NCBI GenBank assembly: GCA_024763455.1
Contig: JANTFL010000001.1
Coordinates: 26,678-90,677, forward strand
Direction: 5' to 3'
Length of the DNA stretch: 64,000 nt
From: Sediminispirochaeta sp.
Lineage (GTDB): Bacteria > Spirochaetota > Spirochaetia > B11-G9
The position numbers and the translations under genes are program-made. Under the pieces are notes generated by a model that was given only the letters and a program-made list of their open reading frames with translations, ran no database searches and was not told the DNA's origin. Of this stretch, positions 29,721 to 39,221 are shown piece after piece (position 1 is the stretch's first letter; the number at the start of each line of letters is the position of its first letter).

Positions 29721-31268
29721 TTAGTTGGTTCTTAACACTTGCTGTGAGAAAACTGACAGGAAGTTATTCTTGAGTTTATCGGAACTCAGAAATTTCCTGT
29801 ATAACGACTCCTGTCTGAACTGATCAACAAGATATGCATAATATGCATCCAGATAGGCAAGTTCATCTGCACCAACGTTTCGTTCTTCAATGAGCTGTGC
29901 CACAATCACTGAATTGTCCAGAATCAAAGGCTCGGTTGTTTCATTTTTCTTTAATGAAAAGAGAGCTTTCAGGGCTCTTTCGTCGGTTGCAGCAGCGTTG
30001 AGTTCTTTGTCGTCATCCAAGGCTCTGATCTGCTTCATAAAATAGCTGTTACCATAGTTAATTGGAAAGTAGTCAGTCACATGAGAGGTAAGGTTCATTC
30101 CACTGCCTGCCGTATCGAATCCTGAAGTGGAAGCATTTTTTCTGAAATTTTCAGCTTTTGATACAAAGAAATCTTCGACTTTACCTTTTTCATTAGTAAG
30201 GAGATAATTTCTGATGTCAGCAATATCTTCTTCCGCAGCAAAGTCGGGATCGGTCCTTTCGTTATTTACCCGGTAAATACTGTAGCCGTAAGGTGTTTTG
30301 ATCAGGGAACTTAACTCTCCTGATTTAAGCGTGAAAACGGTATCAAGGTCTTTACTGTCAGAGAAATCCCCGGTAAGTGAGTGGTATCTGACCCAGCCCA
30401 TATCTCCGCCTTTATCAGCGTATATATCAGTTGACTGATTCTGGGCAATTTCTTCAAAGCGTGCAGGGTTTTCTTTAAGCTGTGTATAGAGAGTATCAGC
30501 TGTTTTTTTATCATCCTTAAGTGAAATGCGGCTTAGATTTACCTTTGCAAAAAGAGCTGAGTTATCCCTGCCGTAGGATATCACTTCCGAATCAGGATAT
30601 GCATCAAAGCTGAATGCCACGTATTTAAAACTCCGTTCAGGAGAAGACATTCCCTTTACAAAATCTTTTTCCTTTTCAGATGAGAGGGTACTGCTTACAT
30701 CACTTAAATACTGCTGCTGCGTAAGCTCTTCACGGTAGAGCTGCCGGGTTGCGTATTTCTCCGAATTAGGGGTGGAATTATAGATTTCAGGGCTGAATTT
30801 CCCGTTATCCATATATGGACCGTACTGGGTAAGAGCTTTGTCTATCCGGTGGTCGGAAATATACAGACCGCTCTCTTTTGCACTGTCAAGGATTGCCATA
30901 TGGAAGACTGTACTGTCAAAGGCACCCTTCCAGATCTGATACGTCTGGTACTGGTAGTTTGAACTGGTGGTATCTGTATTCTGATATTTTTGAACAAAGG
31001 AGTCCAACTGACGTGCGAAATAGCTATTTTGAGTGTATTTTATATCCTTACCGGCGTATTGACCGAAAGTCATATCCTGCCCGCCGCCTAATAGTCCTCT
31101 GAAAAAGGGCGCTCCTACAAAACTGACAACAACCAGTACAAGGATTGCAATACTGAAAACCCATAGAAACGGGTGTTTATGTTGTTTTTCTGCTACAATA
31201 TTTTCTTTGTTTTTTGAAGGCATATGTTCCTCATATTTCTCATAAAATGGCGTTCCAAACCATACCAC
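29721..31268 (-). CDS. periplasmic chaperone/peptidyl-prolyl isomerase PpiD-like (N-terminal TM anchor, parvulin domain)
   Basis: TM PFLWVFSIAILVLVVVSFVGAPFF. Parvulin signature DKGGDMGWVRYHSL...TPYGYSIYRV. Confidence 0.55.
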   Translation of the reverse strand: MVWFGTPFYEKYEEHMPSKNKENIVAEKQHKHPFLWVFSIAILVLVVVSFVGAPFFRGLLGGGQDMTFGQYAGKDIKYTQNSYFARQLDSFVQKYQNTDTTSSNYQYQTYQIWKGAFDSTVFHMAILDSAKESGLYISDHRIDKALTQYGPYMDNGKFSPEIYNSTPNSEKYATRQLYREELTQQQYLSDVSSTLSSEKEKDFVKGMSSPERSFKYVAFSFDAYPDSEVISYGRDNSALFAKVNLSRISLKDDKKTADTLYTQLKENPARFEEIAQNQSTDIYADKGGDMGWVRYHSLTGDFSDSKDLDTVFTLKSGELSSLIKTPYGYSIYRVNNERTDPDFAAEEDIADIRNYLLTNEKGKVEDFFVSKAENFRKNASTSGFDTAGSGMNLTSHVTDYFPINYGNSYFMKQIRALDDDKELNAAATDERALKALFSLKKNETTEPLILDNSVIVAQLIEERNVGADELAYLDAYYAYLVDQFRQESLYRKFLSSDKLKNNFLSVFSQQVLRTN

Positions 31269-31337
31269 GTGCTTTTAGATGTGTCAATTCTCTTAATAGT
31301 AATTGTATTTTCTCACTATTGTTTGTATATTAAAAAT

Positions 31338-31853
31338 ATGTTATGCGATGTTTGCGGAAAAAGAGAAGCGGCGATACATATTCAGCAGATCATAGGAAAG
31401 AAAGTGATTGATCTGCACTTGTGCCGGCAGTGTGCCAGGGAGAAGAATGTCTCGGAAACAGAGGGGTCTGTAAACAATTCAATTATAAATTTGGTAAAGA
31501 ATCTCCTGGATGGAACTCGTTTGACACAGTTCATTGATCAAAAAACTACGTATTGCCCGACTTGTAATACAAAACTGCATGAAATCAGAGAAACCGGAAA
31601 GACGGGTTGCCCCGACTGTTACAGAGAGTTTAGAACAGTTATCCGTGAATCTCTGGGTGTGGGAAACACACCTCTTCTGCATAACGGCAACATCCCTGAA
31701 AAGCTGAAGAGCTATAAAACAATTCTGGTTGACAGAGAAAAGCTGAAAAAAGAGCTTGAAGAGGCAGTGTTTAAAGAGGATTACGAAACTGCCGTTGTAC
31801 TGCGGGATAAGCTGAAGGAACTTGAGATTGAGCTGGGAAGGGGTAATGAGTAG
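31338..31853 (+). CDS. mcsA: protein-arginine kinase activator McsA (zinc-finger + UVR domain)
   Basis: MLCDVCGKREA...CRQCAREK and CPTCNT...CPDCY are two CxxC pairs. C-terminal UVR motif EDYETAVVLRDKLKELE. Followed by mcsB and clpC. Confidence 0.7.
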   Translation: MLCDVCGKREAAIHIQQIIGKKVIDLHLCRQCAREKNVSETEGSVNNSIINLVKNLLDGTRLTQFIDQKTTYCPTCNTKLHEIRETGKTGCPDCYREFRTVIRESLGVGNTPLLHNGNIPEKLKSYKTILVDREKLKKELEEAVFKEDYETAVVLRDKLKELEIELGRGNE

Positions 31854-32901
31854 TTTTTCAGGATTTGAAACTGCTCCTCTTTGGTGCAGGAAGGAAGGAG
31901 AAGCGCGTGATGTAGTCCTATCCAGCAGGGTAAGACTGTCGAGAAACCTGGCGGGATTTACTTTTCCTGAAAAATTGACCCTAAAGGATGAGGAAGAGGT
32001 AAAGAATATTGTCCTTTCAGCGGTAGAAACAAGCAACCAGTACAAGGATATGGAAGTTCTGTACATGAACGATGTTATTCCTGTTGAAAGAATGATGCTG
32101 TTCGAGAAAAGGCTTGTTTCCAGGGATTTTTCTGAAGGCAGGAATAAAGCGGTCGTTATACGGAGTGATAAGAGTCTTTCCTGCATGGTTAATGAAACCG
32201 ACCACCTTAAGATAGCTGCGTATACCGGTGGGCTTGATCTTGAAGAGGCATTTAATGAAGCCCGGGAGTTTGACGTAGCATTGGAAAAAAATCTGGATTA
32301 TGCAGTTTCTCTGGAGTTTGGATATCTCACCAGTCAGATAAAGAATGCCGGGACCGGTATGAAAGCTTCAGTTATGCTTCACCTGCCGTTTCTTGTAAGA
32401 ACAGGGCTGTTGGATAGAGCGATTAAATCCTCACTGACGGAGGAATTCTCAGTAAAAGGCTTTTTAAGTGATGAAGAAAACTCTCTGGGAGACCTGTATC
32501 AGGTTTCAAACGAAGTATCGATAGGAATAAGCGAAGAGGCATATTTGAAAAAACTGCAGACAGTGGCATCTTCACTCATGGGGTATGAACGACGGGCACG
32601 GGACCAGTTCTACAAGAGTAAAAGCATGGAGCTGGAAGATATATTTTACCGGGCTTATGGAATCCTTAAAAACTGCAGACTTCTGTCTTTGAAGGAAGCG
32701 GTACGGTATCTTATGGATTTTAGAATTGGAATAATAATGGGTTGGTCCGATGTCCCTTTGGAACGGATTGACTATCTGATAATTCTGGTGCAGAAAGCGC
32801 ATATCCAGTCTACTCTTGACTTTGATGAGGAATCAAACTCAAAAATTATTAATTATACCCGTTCAAAGCTTGTCAAAAGATATCTTGAGTTACTACAATA
32901 G
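31846..32901 (+). CDS. mcsB: protein arginine kinase McsB (ATP:guanido phosphotransferase family)
   Basis: SSRVRLSRNLAGFTFPEKL matches the McsB signature. Phosphagen-kinase C-domain core. 8-nt overlap with mcsA. Confidence 0.75.
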   Translation: MSSFSGFETAPLWCRKEGEARDVVLSSRVRLSRNLAGFTFPEKLTLKDEEEVKNIVLSAVETSNQYKDMEVLYMNDVIPVERMMLFEKRLVSRDFSEGRNKAVVIRSDKSLSCMVNETDHLKIAAYTGGLDLEEAFNEAREFDVALEKNLDYAVSLEFGYLTSQIKNAGTGMKASVMLHLPFLVRTGLLDRAIKSSLTEEFSVKGFLSDEENSLGDLYQVSNEVSIGISEEAYLKKLQTVASSLMGYERRARDQFYKSKSMELEDIFYRAYGILKNCRLLSLKEAVRYLMDFRIGIIMGWSDVPLERIDYLIILVQKAHIQSTLDFDEESNSKIINYTRSKLVKRYLELLQ

Positions 32902-32916
32902 GAGTAGGGGGATCAT

Positions 32917-35409
32917 ATGTATAAGGGGCTAACACAACGGGCTAAATTAATAGTAACCGTATACTCACAGGAAGAGGCAAAGCGGTTCAGATCAGACCAG
33001 CTTTTACCGGAACATATACTCCTGGCAATAATAAAAGAGGGCGAAGGGACAGGTTTAAAGGTTTTGAAATCCTTAAAAATAAATCCTGTTGAACTTCAGC
33101 TGGAGATTGAGAAGGGAATTCCCAGAAAACACTCAGGATATATCCTGGGAGACGTATCACTATCCAGAAGAGGGACGCGAATTATTGAAGACTCTGCCGA
33201 AGAAGCAAAAGCTCTTGGCCATGAGTATATTGGTACAGAACATTTTATTCTTGCAGCTATTAAAGAGCAGGGGAGTATTCTTCAGCGTTTCCTCGGAAAA
33301 AACGGAGTTTCATACAGTGATTTTCGGAAGGCAGTCATTGCCATGCGGGGCGCCGGTTCAAATTCGGCAAGTAGAAATACCCGGTTTCAGGCACAAAAGA
33401 AGAATCAGCCGGTGAGCAGCAAGAAGGGAACACCTACCCTGAACGACTTCTCCAGGGATCTTACAGAGTATGCCCGCAAAGGAGCCCTTGACCCTGTCAT
33501 AGGTCGGGAACAGGAGATTAAAAGGGTTATCCAGATTCTTGCCCGGCGCACAAAAAACAATCCGGTTCTTGTAGGTGAGCCGGGAGTAGGGAAGACGGCA
33601 ATAGTCGAAGGACTGGCCCAGCGGATCGTGGACGGGACGGCACCCGATTTACTTCTTGGTAAACGGGTTTTGACCCTGGATATTGCTTCTCTCATTGCGG
33701 GAACAAAATACAGGGGAGAGTTTGAGGAACGTCTAAAGCGTGTAATGAAAGAGATCCGTAATGATGGAAACGTGATTCTTTTTATTGATGAACTGCACAC
33801 AATAATAGGAGCCGGCGGTGCTGAGGGGGCAATTGATGCGTCTAATATGTTAAAACCTGCCCTTTCCAGAGGTGAGATTCAGTGCATCGGTGCAACTACA
33901 TTAAATGAATACAGGAAATATATTGAAAAAGATTCAGCTTTGGAGAGAAGATTTCAGAGTATTTTTGTGGATGAACCTACGGTGGAGGATACAATAAAAA
34001 TACTTAACGGAATTAAAAAGCAATATGAGAATCATCATAATGTAGAATATGAAGATAAGGCAGTTACCGCAGCTGCAATGCTCTCGCACAGGTATATCTC
34101 AGACAGGTTCCTTCCTGACAAAGCAATTGATCTGCTGGATGAAGCAGGTGCAGTAAAAAGAATTAACAATACTGTACGGCCGGGCAGTATACGGAAGATG
34201 GAGGAAGAGATTGAAGAACTCACTTCAAAAAAGATTGAACTGGTCAATAATCAGGACTACGAGAGGGCAGCAGCTGTCAGAGATCAGGTTCGCCAGCTTA
34301 AGCTCGAAATGGATAAAAAACTCAATGACTGGAATAGTTCCATGAAGGTGGAAAAGGTAACAGTCTATGAAACCGATATAGATGAGATAATATCCAGTAT
34401 CACCGGGATACCAGCAGCCAGGATTGCTGAGAGTGAATCGGAAAAGCTCCTTCAGATTGAGAGTGAACTGCATAAAACAGTAATAGGACAGAATGAAGCA
34501 ATAACCGCTATTGCATCAAGTATAAGACGGTCAAGAACAGGACTTTCTTCTCCTGGAAGACCTTTGGGGTCCTTTATTTTCCTGGGACCCACAGGGGTGG
34601 GAAAGACTCTCCTTGCAAAAACCCTTGCACAGTATCTTTTTGGAAAAGAAGATGCACTTGTAAGGATAGATATGTCCGATTTTATGGAAAAACACAACAT
34701 TAGCCGGCTGGTTGGAGCACCCCCCGGGTATGTAGGATATGAAGAGGGAGGACTTCTCACCGAGAAAATTCGGAGACGACCTTACAGTGTTATCCTTCTT
34801 GATGAGATTGAAAAAGCACATCCTGACGTTTTTAATCTTCTGCTTCAGCTTCTTGAGGAAGGGGAGCTTCAGGATAATCTGGGACATAAGGTTTCTTTTA
34901 AGAATACTGTTCTTATTATGACATCCAACGCAGGAGCCAGAGAAATCTCACAGGAAAATTCTCTGGGGTTTAAATCCAACGATGGAATACTGAGTTACTC
35001 AGAGATACGGGCTTCTGCTTTAAATGAACTCCGGCTTCAATTCCGACCTGAGTTTATAAACAGAGTGGACGAGATTGTAGTCTTCAACAGCCTCACAAGA
35101 GAAGAGATAAGAAATATTGTGGATATTCTCCTTGATGAGATTAAGTTACGGCTGCTTGAGATGAATATAATCCTGGAATTGAAGAAAAGTGCCAGAGAGT
35201 ATCTGGTTGATAACGGTTATGATCCGAAGTTCGGCGCACGGCCATTACGAAGAGTCCTTCAAAAAGAGATAGAAGACCCCCTTTCCGTTCAAATACTTGA
35301 GGGGAAATGTCCTGCCGGTAGCAGGGTTACCGCAGGAGTACGTAAAGGGCATCTCTCTTTTGCGATAGATAAACCAAAACTTATAGAAGCTAAAACACCG
35401 GTTGTATAA
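32917..35409 (+). CDS. clpC: ATP-dependent Clp protease ATP-binding subunit ClpC (AAA+, two NBDs, UVR motif)
   Basis: Two Clp_N repeats. GEPGVGKT and GPTGVGKT. UVR NNQDYERAAAVRDQ. 830 aa. Confidence 0.9.
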   Translation: MYKGLTQRAKLIVTVYSQEEAKRFRSDQLLPEHILLAIIKEGEGTGLKVLKSLKINPVELQLEIEKGIPRKHSGYILGDVSLSRRGTRIIEDSAEEAKALGHEYIGTEHFILAAIKEQGSILQRFLGKNGVSYSDFRKAVIAMRGAGSNSASRNTRFQAQKKNQPVSSKKGTPTLNDFSRDLTEYARKGALDPVIGREQEIKRVIQILARRTKNNPVLVGEPGVGKTAIVEGLAQRIVDGTAPDLLLGKRVLTLDIASLIAGTKYRGEFEERLKRVMKEIRNDGNVILFIDELHTIIGAGGAEGAIDASNMLKPALSRGEIQCIGATTLNEYRKYIEKDSALERRFQSIFVDEPTVEDTIKILNGIKKQYENHHNVEYEDKAVTAAAMLSHRYISDRFLPDKAIDLLDEAGAVKRINNTVRPGSIRKMEEEIEELTSKKIELVNNQDYERAAAVRDQVRQLKLEMDKKLNDWNSSMKVEKVTVYETDIDEIISSITGIPAARIAESESEKLLQIESELHKTVIGQNEAITAIASSIRRSRTGLSSPGRPLGSFIFLGPTGVGKTLLAKTLAQYLFGKEDALVRIDMSDFMEKHNISRLVGAPPGYVGYEEGGLLTEKIRRRPYSVILLDEIEKAHPDVFNLLLQLLEEGELQDNLGHKVSFKNTVLIMTSNAGAREISQENSLGFKSNDGILSYSEIRASALNELRLQFRPEFINRVDEIVVFNSLTREEIRNIVDILLDEIKLRLLEMNIILELKKSAREYLVDNGYDPKFGARPLRRVLQKEIEDPLSVQILEGKCPAGSRVTAGVRKGHLSFAIDKPKLIEAKTPVV

Positions 35410-35411
35410 TT

Positions 35412-36341
35412 ATGAATTTAGAATTATTTATTCTCGGTACAGGGGGTATGATGCCCCTGCCCGGGAGATTTCTCACGTCAGCACTCCTCAGGAGAGAGGG
35501 AGAACTTTTCCTTTTTGACTGTGGTGAAGGGACCCAGGTATCTTTACGAAAGCTTAATTTAAAATGGAAAAAGATATCAGTAATCTTTATCAGCCACACC
35601 CATGCAGATCATGTTACCGGCCTTCCCGGGATACTTATGCTCTCCAGTCAAGTTGAGCGGGACGAGCCGTTATACATAATAGGACCTCCGAATATAAAGG
35701 AGTACGTCGAATCCAGCAGAAAAGCTTTGGATATGTACATAAACTATGAGATTATAGTCAAGGAGATTAATGAACCGGGAATTGTATACGAAGGAGACGG
35801 CTATTCGGTCAAAGCTTTTTCCCTTCAGCATACAAAACCCTGCTTTGGCTATACGCTGGTGGAGGATCCCCGTCCCGGTGTCTTTAATCCGGATGCTGCC
35901 CGGAATCTTCAAGTCCCCATGGGACCTTTATGGGCACGGCTGCAGTCAGGTGAAAATGTTACTCTGGAAAACGGAATTGTCATAACACCGGAGATGGTGC
36001 TTGGGGAGCAGCGAAAGGGGAGAAAATTTTCCTTTGTTACAGATACAAAATATTTTAGTGGTATAAAGGATAATGTGAAAAATTCTGATGTTCTTATCTG
36101 TGAGGGGATGTTCAGGGATGAGCTGAAGGAAAGTGCCGCAGAAAAAAAACATATGACTGCCACCCAGGCGGCTACCATAGCAAAAGAAGCAGGAGGTGTT
36201 AAAAAAATGGGACTGATTCATTACAGCCCACGGTACACCGAATATGACTTGAGGTTTCTCTTAAAAGAAGCAAAAACGATTTTTCCAAATACCTTTCTTT
36301 CCAGGGATGGTCAATCCGTGAATATCCCTTTCGAGGATTAA
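35412..36341 (+). CDS. rnz: ribonuclease Z (metallo-beta-lactamase fold)
   Basis: LGTGGMMP, FDCGEGTQ, ISHTHADHVTGLPG. Confidence 0.8.
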   Translation: MNLELFILGTGGMMPLPGRFLTSALLRREGELFLFDCGEGTQVSLRKLNLKWKKISVIFISHTHADHVTGLPGILMLSSQVERDEPLYIIGPPNIKEYVESSRKALDMYINYEIIVKEINEPGIVYEGDGYSVKAFSLQHTKPCFGYTLVEDPRPGVFNPDAARNLQVPMGPLWARLQSGENVTLENGIVITPEMVLGEQRKGRKFSFVTDTKYFSGIKDNVKNSDVLICEGMFRDELKESAAEKKHMTATQAATIAKEAGGVKKMGLIHYSPRYTEYDLRFLLKEAKTIFPNTFLSRDGQSVNIPFED

Positions 36342-36343
36342 CT

Positions 36344-37012
36344 GTGGTATCTGTTCATAATATTTCCCGAAGGTACGGCTCAAAAAAAGTTTTGGATAAT
36401 ATAAGTTTTACCCTCGAAAACAACGGTGTTTATGGCTTTTTAGGACCGAACGGTGCCGGAAAATCAACACTTTTAAAAATTATTTCCGGTTTTAAATTCC
36501 CGGATGAGGGAATGGTACGTACCGATTCATCTATCGGGTACCTGCCTGAGAATTCACCCCTGGATGGAAATCTTACTGTTTATGAATTTCTTTTTCTTTT
36601 TGCATCGTTGAAAGGTCTCAAAGGAACTGAAAGAACTGAGGAGCTTAGGAGGGTTATTGAGCTCTGTTCTATACAGGATGTAGCTGGATTCAGAACGGAT
36701 ACGCTCTCCAAGGGGTATAAACAGCGGACAGGGCTAGCCCAGGCTCTTTTAAACCGCCCAGGGATACTTCTTTTGGACGAACCTCTTTCGGGACTGGACC
36801 CGGAACAGGTGGTCAGTGTCCGTAAAATAATTGAAAATGCTGCAGAAGAGAGTATTGTTATCGTATCTTCCCATAATTTGAAGGAAATGGAGCAGATAAG
36901 CAGCCGGATATTTATACTGAATAAAGGAAGCATTGAAGCACAAGCAAACTTTTCCGATGACATCAACCTTGAAGAGTTTTATTTGAAAACAATTGGCAGC
37001 ATTTTATTATGA
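36344..37012 (+). CDS. ABC transporter ATP-binding protein (GldA-like)
   Basis: GTG start. Walker A GPNGAGKST. Signature LSKGYKQR. Walker B LLLDEP. Confidence 0.85.
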   Translation: MVSVHNISRRYGSKKVLDNISFTLENNGVYGFLGPNGAGKSTLLKIISGFKFPDEGMVRTDSSIGYLPENSPLDGNLTVYEFLFLFASLKGLKGTERTEELRRVIELCSIQDVAGFRTDTLSKGYKQRTGLAQALLNRPGILLLDEPLSGLDPEQVVSVRKIIENAAEESIVIVSSHNLKEMEQISSRIFILNKGSIEAQANFSDDINLEEFYLKTIGSILL

Positions 37013-37731
37013 GAAACGCGTACTACGTATTTACAAGAGATATAAAAAAATTTTATAGATCCCGGGGAGCCTCTTTTCTTTATTTCACCTTTTTGATAAT
37101 TACTTCGCTTTGGCTCTATAAAATAGATAATTTTCTCATACGGGGCAGAGCTGATTTCACCAGCTATTTTACTTTATTTCCCTATATTCTTACTATTATT
37201 ATCCCTGCACTCACCATGGGTAGTATCGCCGGGGAAAAAAATAGAGGTACCTACGAATTGCTTCTTGCTCAGGGGGTTAGTGTACTTTCCTTAACAGTAG
37301 GAAAGTATGCTGCTGTCCTTGTTCAAATCGCTAGTATGATACTCCTTACCGTCCCGGTCCCCGTATCTCTCAGCAGCCTCGGCGATTTTGACGGTGGTAG
37401 AATAGTTGCCAACTATATCGGTGTACTGCTTTTTTCTTCTACCCTGGCTGGATTGGGTCTTTACATTTCAGCTTTATCCCGAAAACAGATTCAGGCATTT
37501 ATTCTCTCTGTACTGTTTATCCTGATTCTGGTATTACCCTGGACGGTTGTCAGTGTATCAGCTGGCGGGGGGATTTTTGCAGAAATCTTGAAAAATAGTT
37601 CTCCCTGGTATCACCTTGCTTCTTTCTCCAGAGGACTGTTGGACAGCAGGGATCTGATATACTTCGTTGCAACAGCACTATTTTTTATCTTTTTAACTAT
37701 ACGGAAGATTAACCTGGAGCGATGGTCATGA
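37009..37731 (+). CDS. ABC-2 family permease (GldF-like)
   Basis: Six predicted TM helices. Overlaps the ATPase gene by 4 nt. Confidence 0.7.
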   Translation: MRNAYYVFTRDIKKFYRSRGASFLYFTFLIITSLWLYKIDNFLIRGRADFTSYFTLFPYILTIIIPALTMGSIAGEKNRGTYELLLAQGVSVLSLTVGKYAAVLVQIASMILLTVPVPVSLSSLGDFDGGRIVANYIGVLLFSSTLAGLGLYISALSRKQIQAFILSVLFILILVLPWTVVSVSAGGGIFAEILKNSSPWYHLASFSRGLLDSRDLIYFVATALFFIFLTIRKINLERWS

Positions 37732-39221
37732 AGAGACGGGAAATACTCTTTACAATTGCAGGTGGAGCGGTTTTTATCATTATACTGTTCTACAGTAACC
37801 TGTTTAATTTCCGGATAGATATTACCGACACAAAGGCATACTCCCTTACCCGGATTTCCAGATCCATAGGTAAGGAACTTCCCCAGCCGGTGAGGATAAC
37901 CTATTATAAAACAAAGGGTATTGAGGGAATATTCCCCGGTACGGCGGATATAATACCTCTTCTGGATGAATTTGCAAGGACATCAGGAGGAAAGATCAGT
38001 CTTAAAATTGTTGATCCTGATTCTATCGTAGATGAAAAAGTTTTTGAGGCCGAAGGAATAGCTTCCCGGCAGGTGAGAATTGTCCGGGATAACAAGAAGT
38101 TTGATTTAAAGGTATATTCTTCGATAACAATCAATTTCCTTGACAGGACAAAGGTTCTCAATTTTGTATACGACATCTCCAGCCTGGAGTATCAGGTTGT
38201 AAGTGCTATCAGGGAGTTAGTTCAAAACAGGAGACGGGTAGTCGGTCTTCTTTTAGGTGACCAAACCCGAAGTTTAAATAAAGATTACACCATGCTGACC
38301 GGCACATTAAGCAGAGATTTTGATTTGGTACCGGTAGATTCCACCAGTTCCTCTACTGTCGGAATGAACGTTCTTCTGGTCCTGGGAAGCAGGGATATAA
38401 CCCTGTTGGACACACAAAAAATAAAGAGTTTTATTGAAAACGGCGGGAATGTATTTTTTGCTGCGGAGGGAGTATTCGTTAATGTGAAAAACAGCTTTTC
38501 TGCTGAGCCGGTTAAGAATAATCCGCTTTTTCAACTGCTTGCAGACTACGGGGTATCTGTTAAAAATACACTGGTTATTGATCCTCTTAACCCGAAGGAT
38601 TTTCGAATACCGAAATCTTTTTATGGCGATGTTGCGTGGAAAACCATCGGACCCTATCCCCAATGGATAACAGTGAGTCATGCTGTTTCAGTAGACAATC
38701 CGATAACTGCTCATTTTGCCGGAGTGGACCTTTTATGGGCAAGCCCCCTCATTCTGGATAGAGATAAAAATGACGGAAGCAGTGTCCTTTTTACAAGTTC
38801 AACTCTCGCTTGGGAAATGAGTGCTCCCTTTGCAACGGATCCATTCAGTACCGAACAGTATAATGAGGGTAGAGCAGCAACTCGTTCAGTACACGTTCTG
38901 GGTGTTTCGATTATCAAAGGTAACTCTCGGATGATTGTGGTGGGTGATTCTGATTTTTTATCTGATCTGATAACCTGGAGCGAAAGCTACCGGAACATGA
39001 ATTTTATTCTTGATTCAGTTGACTGGTTATCACAAAATGAGGATTTTATGGAGATCAGAACCAAAAGAAATGTTAACAGGAGCCTTGATATCCTTGATGA
39101 GGGGCGAACCCAGGCCGTGTACAGCCTTTCTGAATTTTTAAATGTTATTTTAATACCGGTACTTATTCTGGTTGCAGGATTTATTAAAAAGAGTAGAAAA
39201 CGAAAGAGAAATGAAGATTAA
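37722..39221 (+). CDS. GldG-like ABC transporter auxiliary protein (ABC_transp_aux, PF09822), N- and C-terminal TM anchors
   Basis: N-terminal TM plus RITYYKTKG...DEFARTSGGKISLKIVDPD. C-terminal TM VILIPVLILVAGFI then KKSRKRKR. Confidence 0.65.
   Translation: MVMKRREILFTIAGGAVFIIILFYSNLFNFRIDITDTKAYSLTRISRSIGKELPQPVRITYYKTKGIEGIFPGTADIIPLLDEFARTSGGKISLKIVDPDSIVDEKVFEAEGIASRQVRIVRDNKKFDLKVYSSITINFLDRTKVLNFVYDISSLEYQVVSAIRELVQNRRRVVGLLLGDQTRSLNKDYTMLTGTLSRDFDLVPVDSTSSSTVGMNVLLVLGSRDITLLDTQKIKSFIENGGNVFFAAEGVFVNVKNSFSAEPVKNNPLFQLLADYGVSVKNTLVIDPLNPKDFRIPKSFYGDVAWKTIGPYPQWITVSHAVSVDNPITAHFAGVDLLWASPLILDRDKNDGSSVLFTSSTLAWEMSAPFATDPFSTEQYNEGRAATRSVHVLGVSIIKGNSRMIVVGDSDFLSDLITWSESYRNMNFILDSVDWLSQNEDFMEIRTKRNVNRSLDILDEGRTQAVYSLSEFLNVILIPVLILVAGFIKKSRKRKRNED

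Noticed and set aside
31269-31337. Looked for a CtsR operator or CIRCE element upstream of mcsA
   Set aside because: There is no GGTCAAA direct repeat or TTAGCACTC-N9-GAGTGCTAA palindrome, only AT-rich sequence.
31479-32186. 235-aa minus-strand ORF spanning the mcsA/mcsB junction
   Set aside because: It is antisense to two ORFs with strong family signatures (CxxC/UVR and the guanido-kinase motif) and has no motifs of its own.
33089-33800. ORFs 33089-33415 (+) and 33405-33800 (-) inside clpC
   Set aside because: They are alternative-frame or antisense ORFs inside a highly conserved AAA+ gene.
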